Origin: Kiritimatiellia bacterium
GTDB lineage: Bacteria > Verrucomicrobiota > Kiritimatiellia > RFP12 > UBA1067
Assembly: GCA_050949565.1 (NCBI GenBank)
Contig: JBMNFY010000010.1
Coordinates: forward strand, 224,001-288,000
Reading direction: 5' to 3'
DNA: 64,000 nt
Part shown: positions 1 through 9,121 of the stretch, piece after piece
Layout of the letters: each line of letters begins with the position of its first letter
Position numbering within the stretch: position 1 is the first letter of the stretch
The notes under the pieces: generated by a model
Told to the model about the DNA's origin: nothing
Databases searched by the model: none
Seen by the model: the letters and a program-made list of their open reading frames with translations, nothing else
Program-made: the position numbers and the translations under genes

Positions 1-792
1 CGCGATGGACTCCATCGTGCCGACAAAGACAATCATCCATGCCGAAGGCAGCAGGTGCCGGATGCCATTCCAAGACATGTCGGGCAAACGCCAAGCCGGC
101 AGGCCGCTGGAAACCTTTCCGACCGCGCGCACGCCGTACGCTTCCAGATTGAACGTCCAGACCAGCAGGATGGCTGCTGCGATAATCGGCAAGGTGACCG
201 GGAAGCGCCAGCGTTTGAAGCGAGCCAGAAGCTGAATCGCGACAGCGCCCAAACCAATCGCAAGTGTCGGCAGATGCGTGTCAGAGAGGTTGCGCATCAC
301 ATCCAGAGCCAGCGCCAGCACGGAGTTTCCGCCCGACAACTTGACCCCCAGCAGGTGCCCAAACTGGCTGAGGCCGATCATAATGGCGCCTGCGGAGGTA
401 AAGCCGCTGACCACGGCATGCGAGACGAAGTTGAGCAGAAAACCCGCACGGCACAGCCCGAGTGCGATTTGTATCGCCCCGACCAGCAACGCCAGCGCGG
501 CCGCCCGACCGGTTATCGTCGCCACATCGGCAACGGTACCCGCCGGTCCGACGCAGGCATCGGCCACCAACAGCGACACAATAGCGACAGGCCCGACCGC
601 AAGTTGCCGCGACGTACCCAAGCACGCATAAGCGAGCAAGGGCACAGTCGAGGCATACAGCCCAACCACAGGCGGCAACCCGGCCAGCATCGCATAGGCC
701 ATCGCTTGCGGCACTAACATCACCGCAACAATCAGTCCGGCGATGATGTCCTTACGCAAGTCCTGCCGACTGTAGGTCCGCAACCAGGTCAC
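1..792 (-). CDS. SulP family sulfate/anion permease, N-terminal part (runs off window edge)
   Basis: Not in the ORF track. Manual minus-strand translation gives WLRTYSRQDLRKDIIAGLIVAVMLVPQAMAYAMLAGLPPVVGLYAS...GTSRQLAVGPVAIVSL...FLLNFVSHAVVSGFTS, the SulP signature. The GTG start at 792 is tentative. Confidence 0.93.
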   Translation of the reverse strand, partial: MTWLRTYSRQDLRKDIIAGLIVAVMLVPQAMAYAMLAGLPPVVGLYASTVPLLAYACLGTSRQLAVGPVAIVSLLVADACVGPAGTVADVATITGRAAALALLVGAIQIALGLCRAGFLLNFVSHAVVSGFTSAGAIMIGLSQFGHLLGVKLSGGNSVLALALDVMRNLSDTHLPTLAIGLGAVAIQLLARFKRWRFPVTLPIIAAAILLVWTFNLEAYGVRAVGKVSSGLPAWRLPDMSWNGIRHLLPSAWMIVFVGTMESIA

Positions 793-803
793 GGCGGGGT
801 TCC

Positions 804-2180
804 TCAGCGGTTTTTCTGCGAGATCTGCCAGGCGGTCATACCGCCGATCAGGCTGAAGACCTTCGAGTATCCCCGGGACTTTAGGATGCTACCGGCGATG
901 TTGGCGCGATAGCCGGAACCGCAGACAACGGTGATGTGACAGGCCTTGTCTAGGTCAAAATCCCCTGCGATGATTTTCCCGATCGGGATATGCAACGCCC
1001 GTTCGATATGGCCGGAGTCCCATTCACCGTCGGAACGCACATCCACGATCAGATGATCGGGATACTTCTCAGACACCCTCATCAGACTCTCGGGAGTGAG
1101 TTGGGGCAGATGGTCCAAAGGTTTGGCTTGTGCCGCCCATCCGCTGATACCGTCGCCGAGATAACCGATCAGACGGTCATAACCGGCCCGGCGGTAGATA
1201 TACGCGGCTTCTTCTGCTCTGGCGGGTGTGTCCGCGACGATGATGAGATCGGTGTCGGCCGGTATTACCATCCCTAGCCAGTTCACCGAAGATGGTGTCA
1301 GTCCGATATTCACGGAGCCCCGGATATGCGCCGCGCCGAAGGCACTCGGCACGCGTGTGTCGACAATTTTTGCTCCTCGATCCAGCGCTTCTTCGACCTG
1401 CTTTACATTCAGCAGATTGAAGGGAGCGGCCTTGACCAACGCGGCGGGGCCACGCCGATTCTTATCGACCATTACCGCGAAGTTGTCTGGCCGGACTTGA
1501 AAGCCCGTGGTCATGATCTCGTGGAATTGCTCGAAGGGCATGTTGTTCAGCAGCGGGTTGTTGCGGCGCTCAAACCCCAGCGTGGACACCGGTTTTGGGC
1601 TCATGCCGCGACCGCACAGCGAGCCTTCACCGTGGGCGGGATAGACTTCCACCCAGTCGGGGAAGCGGGCCAGCTTCACGTACAGGCTGTCGTACAAGTT
1701 TTTGACCTGCTCCTCCAATAAATCTGCTCCGGCCAGATCAGGCCGACCGATGTCGCCGATGAACAGAAGGTCGCCCGTCAGTAGCGCAAAAACGTCTTCC
1801 GACCGGCTGTGATCCGTCACAGCGAAACTCACCGAGTTTGGCGTATGTCCGAAGGTTTCGATCACTTCCAACTCTGCGGCTCCGAACCGGAAACGGTCGC
1901 CGTCGTGCAAGTCCTCATGCGGATAGCCCGCTTCGACACCGGGATGCACATAAATCTTCGCGCCGGTCCGCGCCGCCAGTTCATTGCTGCCGGTGATGTG
2001 GTCGGCGTGCAGGTGCGTGTCGAAGATATGTGTGATCCGGACGCCGTGTTGCTGTGCCGCCTGCAGATAACGCTCGACATGCCGCTCGGGATCGACCACA
2101 CAGGCCGTTCCGGAAGCCGGACAGCCGAGCAGATAGGAGAAACACCCCAGACCGTCCACTTTGAATTGCTGAAACAACAT
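804..2180 (-). CDS. MBL-fold persulfide dioxygenase-like hydrolase fused to two rhodanese domains (CstB-like)
   Basis: THLHADH metal motif, GHT, TGDLLFIGDIGRPDL, PAHGEGSLCG; C-terminal rhodanese with DVR..EW..GHI and active-site CGSGYRA. Confidence 0.92.
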   Translation of the reverse strand: MLFQQFKVDGLGCFSYLLGCPASGTACVVDPERHVERYLQAAQQHGVRITHIFDTHLHADHITGSNELAARTGAKIYVHPGVEAGYPHEDLHDGDRFRFGAAELEVIETFGHTPNSVSFAVTDHSRSEDVFALLTGDLLFIGDIGRPDLAGADLLEEQVKNLYDSLYVKLARFPDWVEVYPAHGEGSLCGRGMSPKPVSTLGFERRNNPLLNNMPFEQFHEIMTTGFQVRPDNFAVMVDKNRRGPAALVKAAPFNLLNVKQVEEALDRGAKIVDTRVPSAFGAAHIRGSVNIGLTPSSVNWLGMVIPADTDLIIVADTPARAEEAAYIYRRAGYDRLIGYLGDGISGWAAQAKPLDHLPQLTPESLMRVSEKYPDHLIVDVRSDGEWDSGHIERALHIPIGKIIAGDFDLDKACHITVVCGSGYRANIAGSILKSRGYSKVFSLIGGMTAWQISQKNR

Positions 2181-2196
2181 GCCCTGTCCTCCTAGA

Positions 2197-2847
2197 CTAA
2201 TCTAGGTTCTTGTAGCAGAACCACCAGTCGAACGCCTCATACTCTTTGCGGCGCTTCTCAATGACGGCTATGTCCACTGGCGGCGGGACAATGACCTTGT
2301 CCTTGATCAGCTCATTGTTCGGCCAGCCTGCCGGCATGGCGACTTTGTTGGCGTCAGACACCTGCAGGGCCTTGACCGCACGGACGACCTCGTCGATATT
2401 GCGGCCGGCCTCCTGCGGATAGTACATGATCAGACGGACGATGCCCTCGGGATCGACCACAAAGACCGCGCGCACCGTGTTGGTGCCCTTGCCGGGATGC
2501 AGCATCCCCAGTTTCAGCGCAATGGCATCATTGGCGGCGATAACGGGAAACTCGATGTCGACCTTCAATTCGCTCTTGATCCATTCGATCCACTTGATGT
2601 GTGAGAAAACCTGATCGATCGACATCCCGACCAACTTGCAACCCAGGGCTTTGAATTGGTCATAGCGTTTTTGGAACGCGACAAACTCGGTTGTGCAGAC
2701 CGGGGTGAAATCCGCCGGATGGCTGAACAGCACAAACCAGTTTCCTTTCAAGTCCCCCGGAATGTTCATCGGGCCCTGCGTGGTCATAACCGACAACTCC
2801 GGAAACTTATCACCCAACAATGGCATGCTGTTTCTTGCTTCTTCCAT
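2197..2847 (-). CDS. Peroxiredoxin (Prx6/TDXH-type)
   Basis: [14 protein letters not shown] peroxidatic motif, [13 protein letters not shown]-terminal DWWFC. Confidence 0.95.
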   Translation of the reverse strand: MEEARNSMPLLGDKFPELSVMTTQGPMNIPGDLKGNWFVLFSHPADFTPVCTTEFVAFQKRYDQFKALGCKLVGMSIDQVFSHIKWIEWIKSELKVDIEFPVIAANDAIALKLGMLHPGKGTNTVRAVFVVDPEGIVRLIMYYPQEAGRNIDEVVRAVKALQVSDANKVAMPAGWPNNELIKDKVIVPPPVDIAVIEKRRKEYEAFDWWFCYKNLD

Positions 2848-2892
2848 GTTATGTTCTCCTTTTACTTGAATGACGATAACGTACCTGACGAA

Positions 2893-2910
2893 TCACACCA
2901 CACGGTGTGA
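2893..2910. promoter_or_regulatory. 7-4-7 inverted repeat upstream of the peroxiredoxin operon, candidate operator
   Basis: TCACACC-ACAC-GGTGTGA about 45 bp upstream of the start codon; function is inference. Confidence 0.35.
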
Positions 2911-3095
2911 ACCTGACCAAGAAGGAACCTCCTTCATTGCCAAAAGTATTCTGGAAAAAGGCTCGGGTGTCAACCCCCGTGAGGGATTTGGAAATTTAGG
3001 ATTTAGGAGTTTTTATTTGCGAGTTGAGTTAAGGTGTCCGGCTTTACGATAGGTTTACACTTTCTTCTTGAAGTCTAAGAAGAAAGCGGGTAGCA

Positions 3096-3488
3096 ATGAA
3101 GGACAGAATGAGGTACAGTGAAGCGTTCAAACTCAAGGTAATGGAGGAGCTGAGGGATGCAAAATGGAAGTCAGTTCAGGAGGCCGCCAAGGCATATGGA
3201 ATTTCGGAGATGTCGGTCTACAACTGGATGCACAAGCTCGGCTTCGAACATCTGAAAGGAAGGCTCGTTTACGTGAAGACACGGACGGAATTGGATCGGA
3301 TCAAGGAGCTCGAGGCGGAGAACCTCCGCCTCAAGCAGAGCCTCGCGGACGAGGTGCTCGACAACAGGCTGAACCAGGCGTTTCTTCGGATCGCCTGCCG
3401 GCGGGCCGGGACGACCGTCGAAGATCTAAAAAAAAAGAATGGTGGGATGCCGCCCACGACACCCACGAGCGGGATGGCCTGCCAGTGA
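3096..3488 (+). CDS. IS3 transposase OrfA (HTH)
   Basis: RYSEAFKLKVMEE...AAKAYGIS..SVYNW HTH followed by a coiled coil (RIKELEAENLRLKQ). Confidence 0.9.
   Translation: MKDRMRYSEAFKLKVMEELRDAKWKSVQEAAKAYGISEMSVYNWMHKLGFEHLKGRLVYVKTRTELDRIKELEAENLRLKQSLADEVLDNRLNQAFLRIACRRAGTTVEDLKKKNGGMPPTTPTSGMACQ
3428..3457 (+). other. Programmed -1 ribosomal frameshift signal
   Basis: A9G run (contains A-AAA-AAG) at 3428-3437 followed by hairpin GTGGG-atgccg-CCCAC (3442-3457). Confidence 0.85.
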
Positions 3489-4315
3489 CGAGGCTTTGCG
3501 CCAGATGTGGAAAGAGCACGGTCGCCTACTACAAGGGCCGCAAGGCGCGCGAGAAGCGCGTCGGGCGGGAAGACGTCATTCTTCTGCTGGCCCGTCGCGA
3601 ACGCATTGTCAACCCGATGGCCGGCTGTAAGAAAGTGCTTTTCGCCATCCGGCCGGAAATGGCCGAGGCGGGGATCTCGATGGGCGTCAACAGCTTCTAC
3701 AAGCTGATGAAGGAGAACGGCATGATGGTGCCGAAACGCAAGAAATACAGCTGCAAGACGACGCGGCAGGACAAGTCTCTGGCGCCTTCGCCGAATCTGG
3801 TCAAGGACATGGAGATCAATGCTCCCGATCAGGCGGTGTGCTCGGACATCACGTACATCTACACGGAAGAGGGGTTCCTGTTCCTTTCACTGATGATGGA
3901 CATGTTCGTGCGCGACATCGTCGGCTGGGCGGTCTGCGACTCGCTGAAGGCCGAGGGCCCCCTGGCCGCGCTGGAGATGGCGAGCCGTGCGCTGAAGCCG
4001 GGAGCGAAACCCGTGGCGCACTCCGACCGCGGCTGCCAGTACGCTTCGCACGCCTACCGCGAGGCGCTCGAGAAGCTCGGCTGGCGGTCCAGCATGACGG
4101 AAGAACTCCACTGCTACGAGAATGCGATGGCGGAGCGCCTGAACGGCATTCTCAAGCATGAGTATTTCCTCAACACGCACTTCAAGACGAAGAAGGAAGC
4201 GATCAAGGCGATCAAAGAGGCGATCCGGATCTACAACACGCGCAGGCTGCACGAGAAGTGTGGCTTCAAGACGCCGGCGGCGTTCCGTGAGGAGACGATG
4301 AAAAAAGTTGCATGA
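3428..4315 (+). CDS. IS3 transposase OrfB (DDE), reached by -1 frameshift
   Basis: SDITYI, HSDRGCQY, ENAMAERLNGILKHE, YNTRRLH; in the -1 frame relative to OrfA. Confidence 0.9.
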   Translation, partial: KKKEWWDAAHDTHERDGLPVTRLCARCGKSTVAYYKGRKAREKRVGREDVILLLARRERIVNPMAGCKKVLFAIRPEMAEAGISMGVNSFYKLMKENGMMVPKRKKYSCKTTRQDKSLAPSPNLVKDMEINAPDQAVCSDITYIYTEEGFLFLSLMMDMFVRDIVGWAVCDSLKAEGPLAALEMASRALKPGAKPVAHSDRGCQYASHAYREALEKLGWRSSMTEELHCYENAMAERLNGILKHEYFLNTHFKTKKEAIKAIKEAIRIYNTRRLHEKCGFKTPAAFREETMKKVA

Positions 4316-4401
4316 GGTCGGCGGCCGCCGCCCCCCCCGGGGGGGGCGCACCCCTTGAAGGGAAGCACATCAATGTTCAACCAACCATCAAGAACCAAGT
4401 G

Positions 4402-5271
4402 TTAACCTGGAGCCGTGACTTGACACCGATCAGCAAGATGTCCGATCCATTCCTTCACGAGGAACGGTAGGCGTGTCAGTATTTCTCTGCCGATTAAAAC
4501 TTCGTCGACGTAACCCATGTGTAACATGTCAACGATCCGGCATAAGTAGGATTTCCCGCAACTCCACCATGTATAGTGCGCATCGATAATCAGATAATGT
4601 AGAACGTCTATATTTTCGGCGGTCGCAAGCTCCTCAATTTCCATTCCGTCCAGCAATGTTTCATAGACACCGTCAGCAACACGGCTACCGAAGGTTGTCG
4701 TGTAGTAATATTCCTTAATTTCCCAAACGGCGACCGGATTCAGGACGGACGGAAATGCGCCATCCATTCTTCTGGCAAACGTCCGCAAAGGGTTCCCGTC
4801 GCGCATGACGGTTGCTAGTGCTCTTGGGTCATAATCACATTCTTGCCCTTTGACAACGGACTCGATAAGCATGTTGACCATGCATGTCAGGTAGGCTGGT
4901 GCTCTCATTTTGCCCTTCTGCTTATTCATGGGCAACGGGCACTTAGGTTTGAGCTTTTTCTTTAGTGCTGTGAATTCTTTCTTTGCCTGTGTTACATCCA
5001 TGAGATTGGGCTCTACCACATTCAGAAGCAGATCGGCTCGGTAGGCGAAATATTCAACGAGTTTGTCCCATGTCGGGACGCCTTCCGGTAAAATTGCGTC
5101 CAGACTGGCGGGAGTAATGCCAATCTTATCCAACTGCTTTTCGACGACTTTACGTGATGGAACGTGGAGTTCACCCGTACCCCGTTTGGTGTATCCACAT
5201 TCCTGCCCGATCAACCGGACAAACGCCCAGAATGGTTTAGGCAATCCAAGAAAACGTGTATCAGGAGTCAT
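4402..5271 (-). CDS. Putative Type II restriction endonuclease (PD-(D/E)xK-like); extreme C-terminus supplied by the IS3 end
   Basis: RMDGAFP...VWEIKEY catalytic-like motif; overlapped by an upstream XRE gene and linked to an adenine MTase; lower GC than host genes. Confidence 0.7.
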   Translation of the reverse strand: MTPDTRFLGLPKPFWAFVRLIGQECGYTKRGTGELHVPSRKVVEKQLDKIGITPASLDAILPEGVPTWDKLVEYFAYRADLLLNVVEPNLMDVTQAKKEFTALKKKLKPKCPLPMNKQKGKMRAPAYLTCMVNMLIESVVKGQECDYDPRALATVMRDGNPLRTFARRMDGAFPSVLNPVAVWEIKEYYYTTTFGSRVADGVYETLLDGMEIEELATAENIDVLHYLIIDAHYTWWSCGKSYLCRIVDMLHMGYVDEVLIGREILTRLPFLVKEWIGHLADRCQVTAPG

Positions 5272-5488
5272 GGTGTGGGAGGTACTCCGCTAAGAAGGCG
5301 TTGAGGTCGAGACCTAACGCCCGGCAGATGTTGATTGTTTCGACGAAAGTCAGCAATCGCTCGCCTGACTCGTATTTGCTGACGAATGACTGATGGACGT
5401 TCAACTTTTCGGCAAGGTCTTCTTGACGGAGTCCAGCTTCGACGCGGCATTTTCGCAATAATTTGCGCAACGTTTCTTTCTTCACCAT
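5261..5488 (-). CDS. XRE-family HTH regulator, probable R-M controller (C) protein
   Basis: LRKCRVEAGLRQEDLAEKLNVHQSFVSKYESGER; overlaps the endonuclease start. Confidence 0.85.
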   Translation of the reverse strand: MVKKETLRKLLRKCRVEAGLRQEDLAEKLNVHQSFVSKYESGERLLTFVETINICRALGLDLNAFLAEYLPHHDS

Positions 5489-5620
5489 CAGAAAACCGAT
5501 TTCGTTTCATGCATTCCAATATCGCGGTCCGTCAAATAGAAAAGACACCGTAGGTTTTTTTGAGGCGGTGACGATCCGTCAAATACTGGACACCGAGGGG
5601 GTCAAGGGACGAGGGGCTGG

Positions 5621-6879
5621 TCAACGGCGTGAAGGGTGGCCGGGTTCCGCGCCCTGTCCCGCCGGTATTCCGGCGGGACAGGGCGCGGAACCCGGGGTGG
5701 TCATCCCTTGCGCTTCGCGTTTGGCGAGCTTGTTCTGCTTGCGCAGGATCAGCGCGTATCGGCGGCGGATGTCCTCAAGGAGGCGGATCGGATTGGTCTT
5801 TTCGCGGAGCGCGGTAAGACGCCGGATCACGGCGGGGTCCGCGTATCCCGACGCAATCACCCTGTCGAGGGGCGTGGCGGGCTTGTCGTAACGCTTGGAG
5901 AAGCCGTGCGAGTCCGGCCTTTTGGTTTTGGAGATGAGCCGCTTGCAGGGGCGGAAGAGGTTGTTGTACAGCGATATCTTCGCGCACAGGACGTCCATGT
6001 CCTTCTTGAGCTCGAGGCGGTCGATGCGCTCGTAGCCGAAATACTCGCGGACGACGGAGGCGTTCTTCTGCTCCACGCGGGCGTTGTCGTTCTTGTTCCC
6101 GGGGCGGGAACGGGTGAAGGCGAGGGGCGGGGGCGGTCCCGCGCGTAGCCGAGCACGTGGGCGTTGAGGAACTCCAGCCCGCTGTCCGAGTGCATGGCCG
6201 TGAGCGGGAACGGGAACGCGGCCTCGGCGTCGGCGAGGCCTTCCTTGGTCGCGGCCGCGCCGCGGTTCCAGACGCAGCGCAGCTCCGTCCACTGCGTCAG
6301 GCGGTCCGTGAGCGTGAGGATCCAGAAGAAGTTGCCGCTCATGTCGCCCCCGCAGAGCGCGACCGTGTCGACCTGCGTGTCGCCGGGGGCGGCGGGCGGC
6401 AGCGCCTCGCCCGGGACGCAGGGGACGCTCGACGCCAGCGCGTTCGCCCCGCTGCGGCGGTTGCGGCGGCGCGGGGCCTCGCGCGGGTGCTTGCGGAGGA
6501 TGCGCTCCATCGTCGACGCGCTCATGCGCAGAACCTGCGCCGCGGCCGCCTCGTCGACATGCTCGAGCTCGCGCAGCGCGGCCATCTGGCGGCCCGCCAC
6601 GGTCACAAGGTACTGGGGCGTCATGCGTCCCGAGGCGCGCCAGAGACGCAGGAACAGGGCTTCCGCCCCGGGCGTGTACGTCTTCCCGCGCCCGGCGTGA
6701 TCGCGGTACTTCCGGTTGCCGGTCAGCAGCCGGATGGCGTATTTGCGCTCGGCCCCCGTGACCTGGCAGAAGTCGTCGATCGCGGCACTCTTGGCCTTCT
6801 TGCTCTTCAGTTTTGAATAGGCGCGACGCTTCGCGCCGACGTATTCCATCGTGGCTTTCCGTGACATCTCGTTTCTCAT
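5621..6879 (-). pseudogene. DDE transposase with a 1-bp frameshift near 6125-6135
   Basis: N-part (IDDFCQVTG.ERKYAIRLL, QVDTVALCG, HSDSGLEF) is in the frame of ORF 5857..6897; C-part (FTRSRPGNKNDNARVEQKN, YDKPATP) is in the frame of ORF 5621..6961; the switch lies in a C-run, so it may be a sequencing error. Confidence 0.8.
5640..5695. repeat. Perfect 26-bp stem hairpin with 4-nt loop near the transposase 3' end
   Basis: CCGGGTTCCGCGCCCTGTCCCGCCGG-TATT-CCGGCGGGACAGGGCGCGGAACCCGG. Confidence 0.9.
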
Positions 6880-7030
6880 GCGAGCCGATTCTAGCACGGT
6901 GTCCAGTATTTGACGGATGCGCTTGATTTCCGGACACCGCGATTTTGGCTACGGTGTCCATGACTATGACATACCGCGATATAGAATATTATTGATTTAC
7001 ATCTCAAATTAGGATATTGTGGTCGGCACA

Positions 7031-7924
7031 ATGAGGGTAAAGGAAGACACGCTTGATATGTTCTACGGGACTGAGTTTCAGTATGTTCCGCCTTTCAGAA
7101 CGCAACTGCTCAAGTGGATTGGCAACAAGCAAAGGTTCGCCCATGAGATCGCCTCGTACTTTCCGACGGACGTTAAGACATACTACGAGCCGTTTTTGGG
7201 AAGTGGGGCGGTATTAGCCACAATGCAACCCCTGTCTGCCCTCGGGTCCGATGCGTTCGGCCCGCTGATTGAGATATGGGAGACGTTGCGCGACAACCCG
7301 GACGAACTAGTACGGTGGTACACCGAGCGATACAAAGAATATTTCGAGATGGGTAAGCCCGAAGGGTATGAGAGGATCAAAGCTCGGTACAATGCGGCAC
7401 CGAACGGGGCTGATCTTCTTTTTCTCTGCCGGAGCTGCTACGGCGGTGTTGTGCGTTTCAGAAAAACGGACGGGTATATGTCCACCCCTTGCGGTGTGCA
7501 TACGCCGATCACTCCTGGATCTTTTGCGCAGCGAGTACAGGTTTGGCGTCGACGCACCGCCGGCGCATCGTTCGCTCGGCTTGATTTTAGTGAGGCGATG
7601 CAGAGAGCGGAGAGTGGGGACCTTGTGTATTGCGATCCGCCCTATACCCATAGTCAGACCATTCTCTATCAGGGGCAGGGCTTTGAACTGGACCGACTGA
7701 TGCGCGAAATCATGTCCTGTAAGGAACGTGGAGTTCGCGTTGCCCTGAGCATTGACGGGCAGAAGAAGTCGGGTACGGTGAAGTGCAATCTCGACATTCC
7801 CAGTGGTCTGTTTGAGCGGGAAGTGCTAGTCGATTGTGGACGCAGTATGCTCCGCCGCTTCCAGCGAGAAGGTGAGACACTGGAAGACGATGTGGTTCAT
7901 GATCGCCTTCTGCTGACGTATTGA
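7031..7924 (+). CDS. Dam-family (D12 class, alpha group) N6-adenine DNA methyltransferase
   Basis: LKWIGNK, YYEPFLGSGAV (motif I), LVYCDPPY (motif IV); start could be 7019, 7031 or 7058. Confidence 0.93.
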   Translation: MRVKEDTLDMFYGTEFQYVPPFRTQLLKWIGNKQRFAHEIASYFPTDVKTYYEPFLGSGAVLATMQPLSALGSDAFGPLIEIWETLRDNPDELVRWYTERYKEYFEMGKPEGYERIKARYNAAPNGADLLFLCRSCYGGVVRFRKTDGYMSTPCGVHTPITPGSFAQRVQVWRRRTAGASFARLDFSEAMQRAESGDLVYCDPPYTHSQTILYQGQGFELDRLMREIMSCKERGVRVALSIDGQKKSGTVKCNLDIPSGLFEREVLVDCGRSMLRRFQREGETLEDDVVHDRLLLTY

Positions 7925-8124
7925 TTTTCCTGTGAAACCTAGTCTGTGAAACCTTTGTCACCCAAGCGACAAAATAGTTTCTCCTGCCCAATTCCAATTG
8001 CCCCGTGGGGATAGAGGCGCAACTGAAACCAAAGAACGGTGAAAGTTTAACTTGCTCTTTTTAGGCTGAATCGCTTTTCGCATCTGTGATTGCCGGAGCT
8101 GTTGATTGCGTGTATGATGGGGGC

Positions 8125-9048
8125 ATGAAGTCAAGCGTCATGGAGTTTTTCGGTTACGATGGATGTCTGGTGCTGGAAAATGATGTCGGCGTGCGTGTGG
8201 TGCTTACGCCGCTGGCCGGTGGGCGCGTGCTGGAATACGCGTTGAATGGCGTAAATGCCCTGTACCTTGATCCGGCGCAGAAGGGATGGCGTCACCAACC
8301 CGGCGTTCCGTCGGTCGATCCGTGCGGCGGACGGCTTGATGTCGGACCGGAGTGGACGATTCCGCCGCACCCTGATCTGTGGTTGGGGGACTGGACCGGC
8401 GAGATCACGGGAGAGGGTCGGGCGCGGCTGACGAGTCCGCGCGACCGCATGACGGGGTTGAGGGTGGCACGCGATTTCACGCTGGCAGCGGACAGCGCGT
8501 GCCTGTGCGTCGAGCAGCGCGTAACCAACGACTCCGCGCGACCGATCTCCTGTTGCCATTGGAGCCGTACGCTCGCGACCGGCGGCGGTATCGTCCTGAT
8601 CCCTTTGTCGCCCGAGAGCCGCTTCCCGAAACACTACATTCAGTACGGTCCTGGGCCGGTCATGAACTTCCGTCCCGATGATCCGCAGATTCGCATCCGT
8701 GAGGGGTTCCTAGAGATACTCGGGACGCCGCAGCGGCCTAAGCTCGGCATGGACAGTACGGTGGGGTGGTTCAGCTATTTGACGCGGGCCGGTCTGCTGT
8801 TCACCAAACGGTATGCAGTGGAGTCCGAACGGGTCTACGGTGAGATGGCCGGGCTCACGATATCGATCTGGTACTTTAAGGACGAGATGTGCGAGTTGGA
8901 GCCGATTGGTCCGCTTGAGCGCTTGGCGCCGGGGGTGTCGTTCAGCTTTAGCGAGGAGTGGTCGTTGCTACCGTGGCGGTATCCCGCGCCGGGAGAGTGC
9001 GTTGATCTGACGGAGTTGGCTGCGCGTGTTCGCAAAATCGAGGGTTGA
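8125..9048 (+). CDS. Hypothetical protein, galactose-mutarotase-like / DUF4380-like
   Basis: VVLTPLAGGRVLEY, GGRLDVGPE, CELEPIGP..RLAPG..FSFSEEW pattern. Confidence 0.55.
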   Translation: MKSSVMEFFGYDGCLVLENDVGVRVVLTPLAGGRVLEYALNGVNALYLDPAQKGWRHQPGVPSVDPCGGRLDVGPEWTIPPHPDLWLGDWTGEITGEGRARLTSPRDRMTGLRVARDFTLAADSACLCVEQRVTNDSARPISCCHWSRTLATGGGIVLIPLSPESRFPKHYIQYGPGPVMNFRPDDPQIRIREGFLEILGTPQRPKLGMDSTVGWFSYLTRAGLLFTKRYAVESERVYGEMAGLTISIWYFKDEMCELEPIGPLERLAPGVSFSFSEEWSLLPWRYPAPGECVDLTELAARVRKIEG

Positions 9049-9121
9049 GTTCGCATGATCGAGGTTGCCCATTGCGGAACGGGCGTTTATAGTTTGTCTC
9101 AACACGCAAGGAGGAAACAGG

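Larger units (their letters stand above)
3035..4425 (+). mobile_element. IS3-family insertion sequence
   Basis: TG...CA ends with imperfect IRs (TGTCCGGCTTTACGATAGGTTTACACTT vs reverse complement of right end TGTCAAGTCACGGCTCCAGGTTAACACTT); overlapping orfA/orfB; no target duplication seen. Confidence 0.9.
5530..6971 (-). mobile_element. IS element with rve/DDE transposase (ISNCY/IS481-like) and two-tier terminal inverted repeats
   Basis: Perfect 22-bp IR ATCCGTCAAATACTGGACACCG at 5574-5595 and 6897-6918; outer imperfect IR (GTCA...GACACCGTAG) from 5530 and 6971. Confidence 0.85.

Noticed and set aside
55-717. Plus-strand 220-aa ORF and similar long antisense ORFs (8948..9991, 16308..17468, 25293..26774, 41482..42726, 44541..45668)
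   Set aside because: Shadow frames of well-supported genes in high-GC DNA
6100-6150. Programmed frameshift in the second transposase
   Set aside because: No canonical slippery heptamer with stimulator; it splits the DDE domain in a C-run, so mutation or sequencing error is more likely
3033-6960. Shared GGTGTC motif at the ends of both IS elements as one composite transposon
   Set aside because: Each element has its own IR pair and a different transposase family; a 6-bp match is not enough
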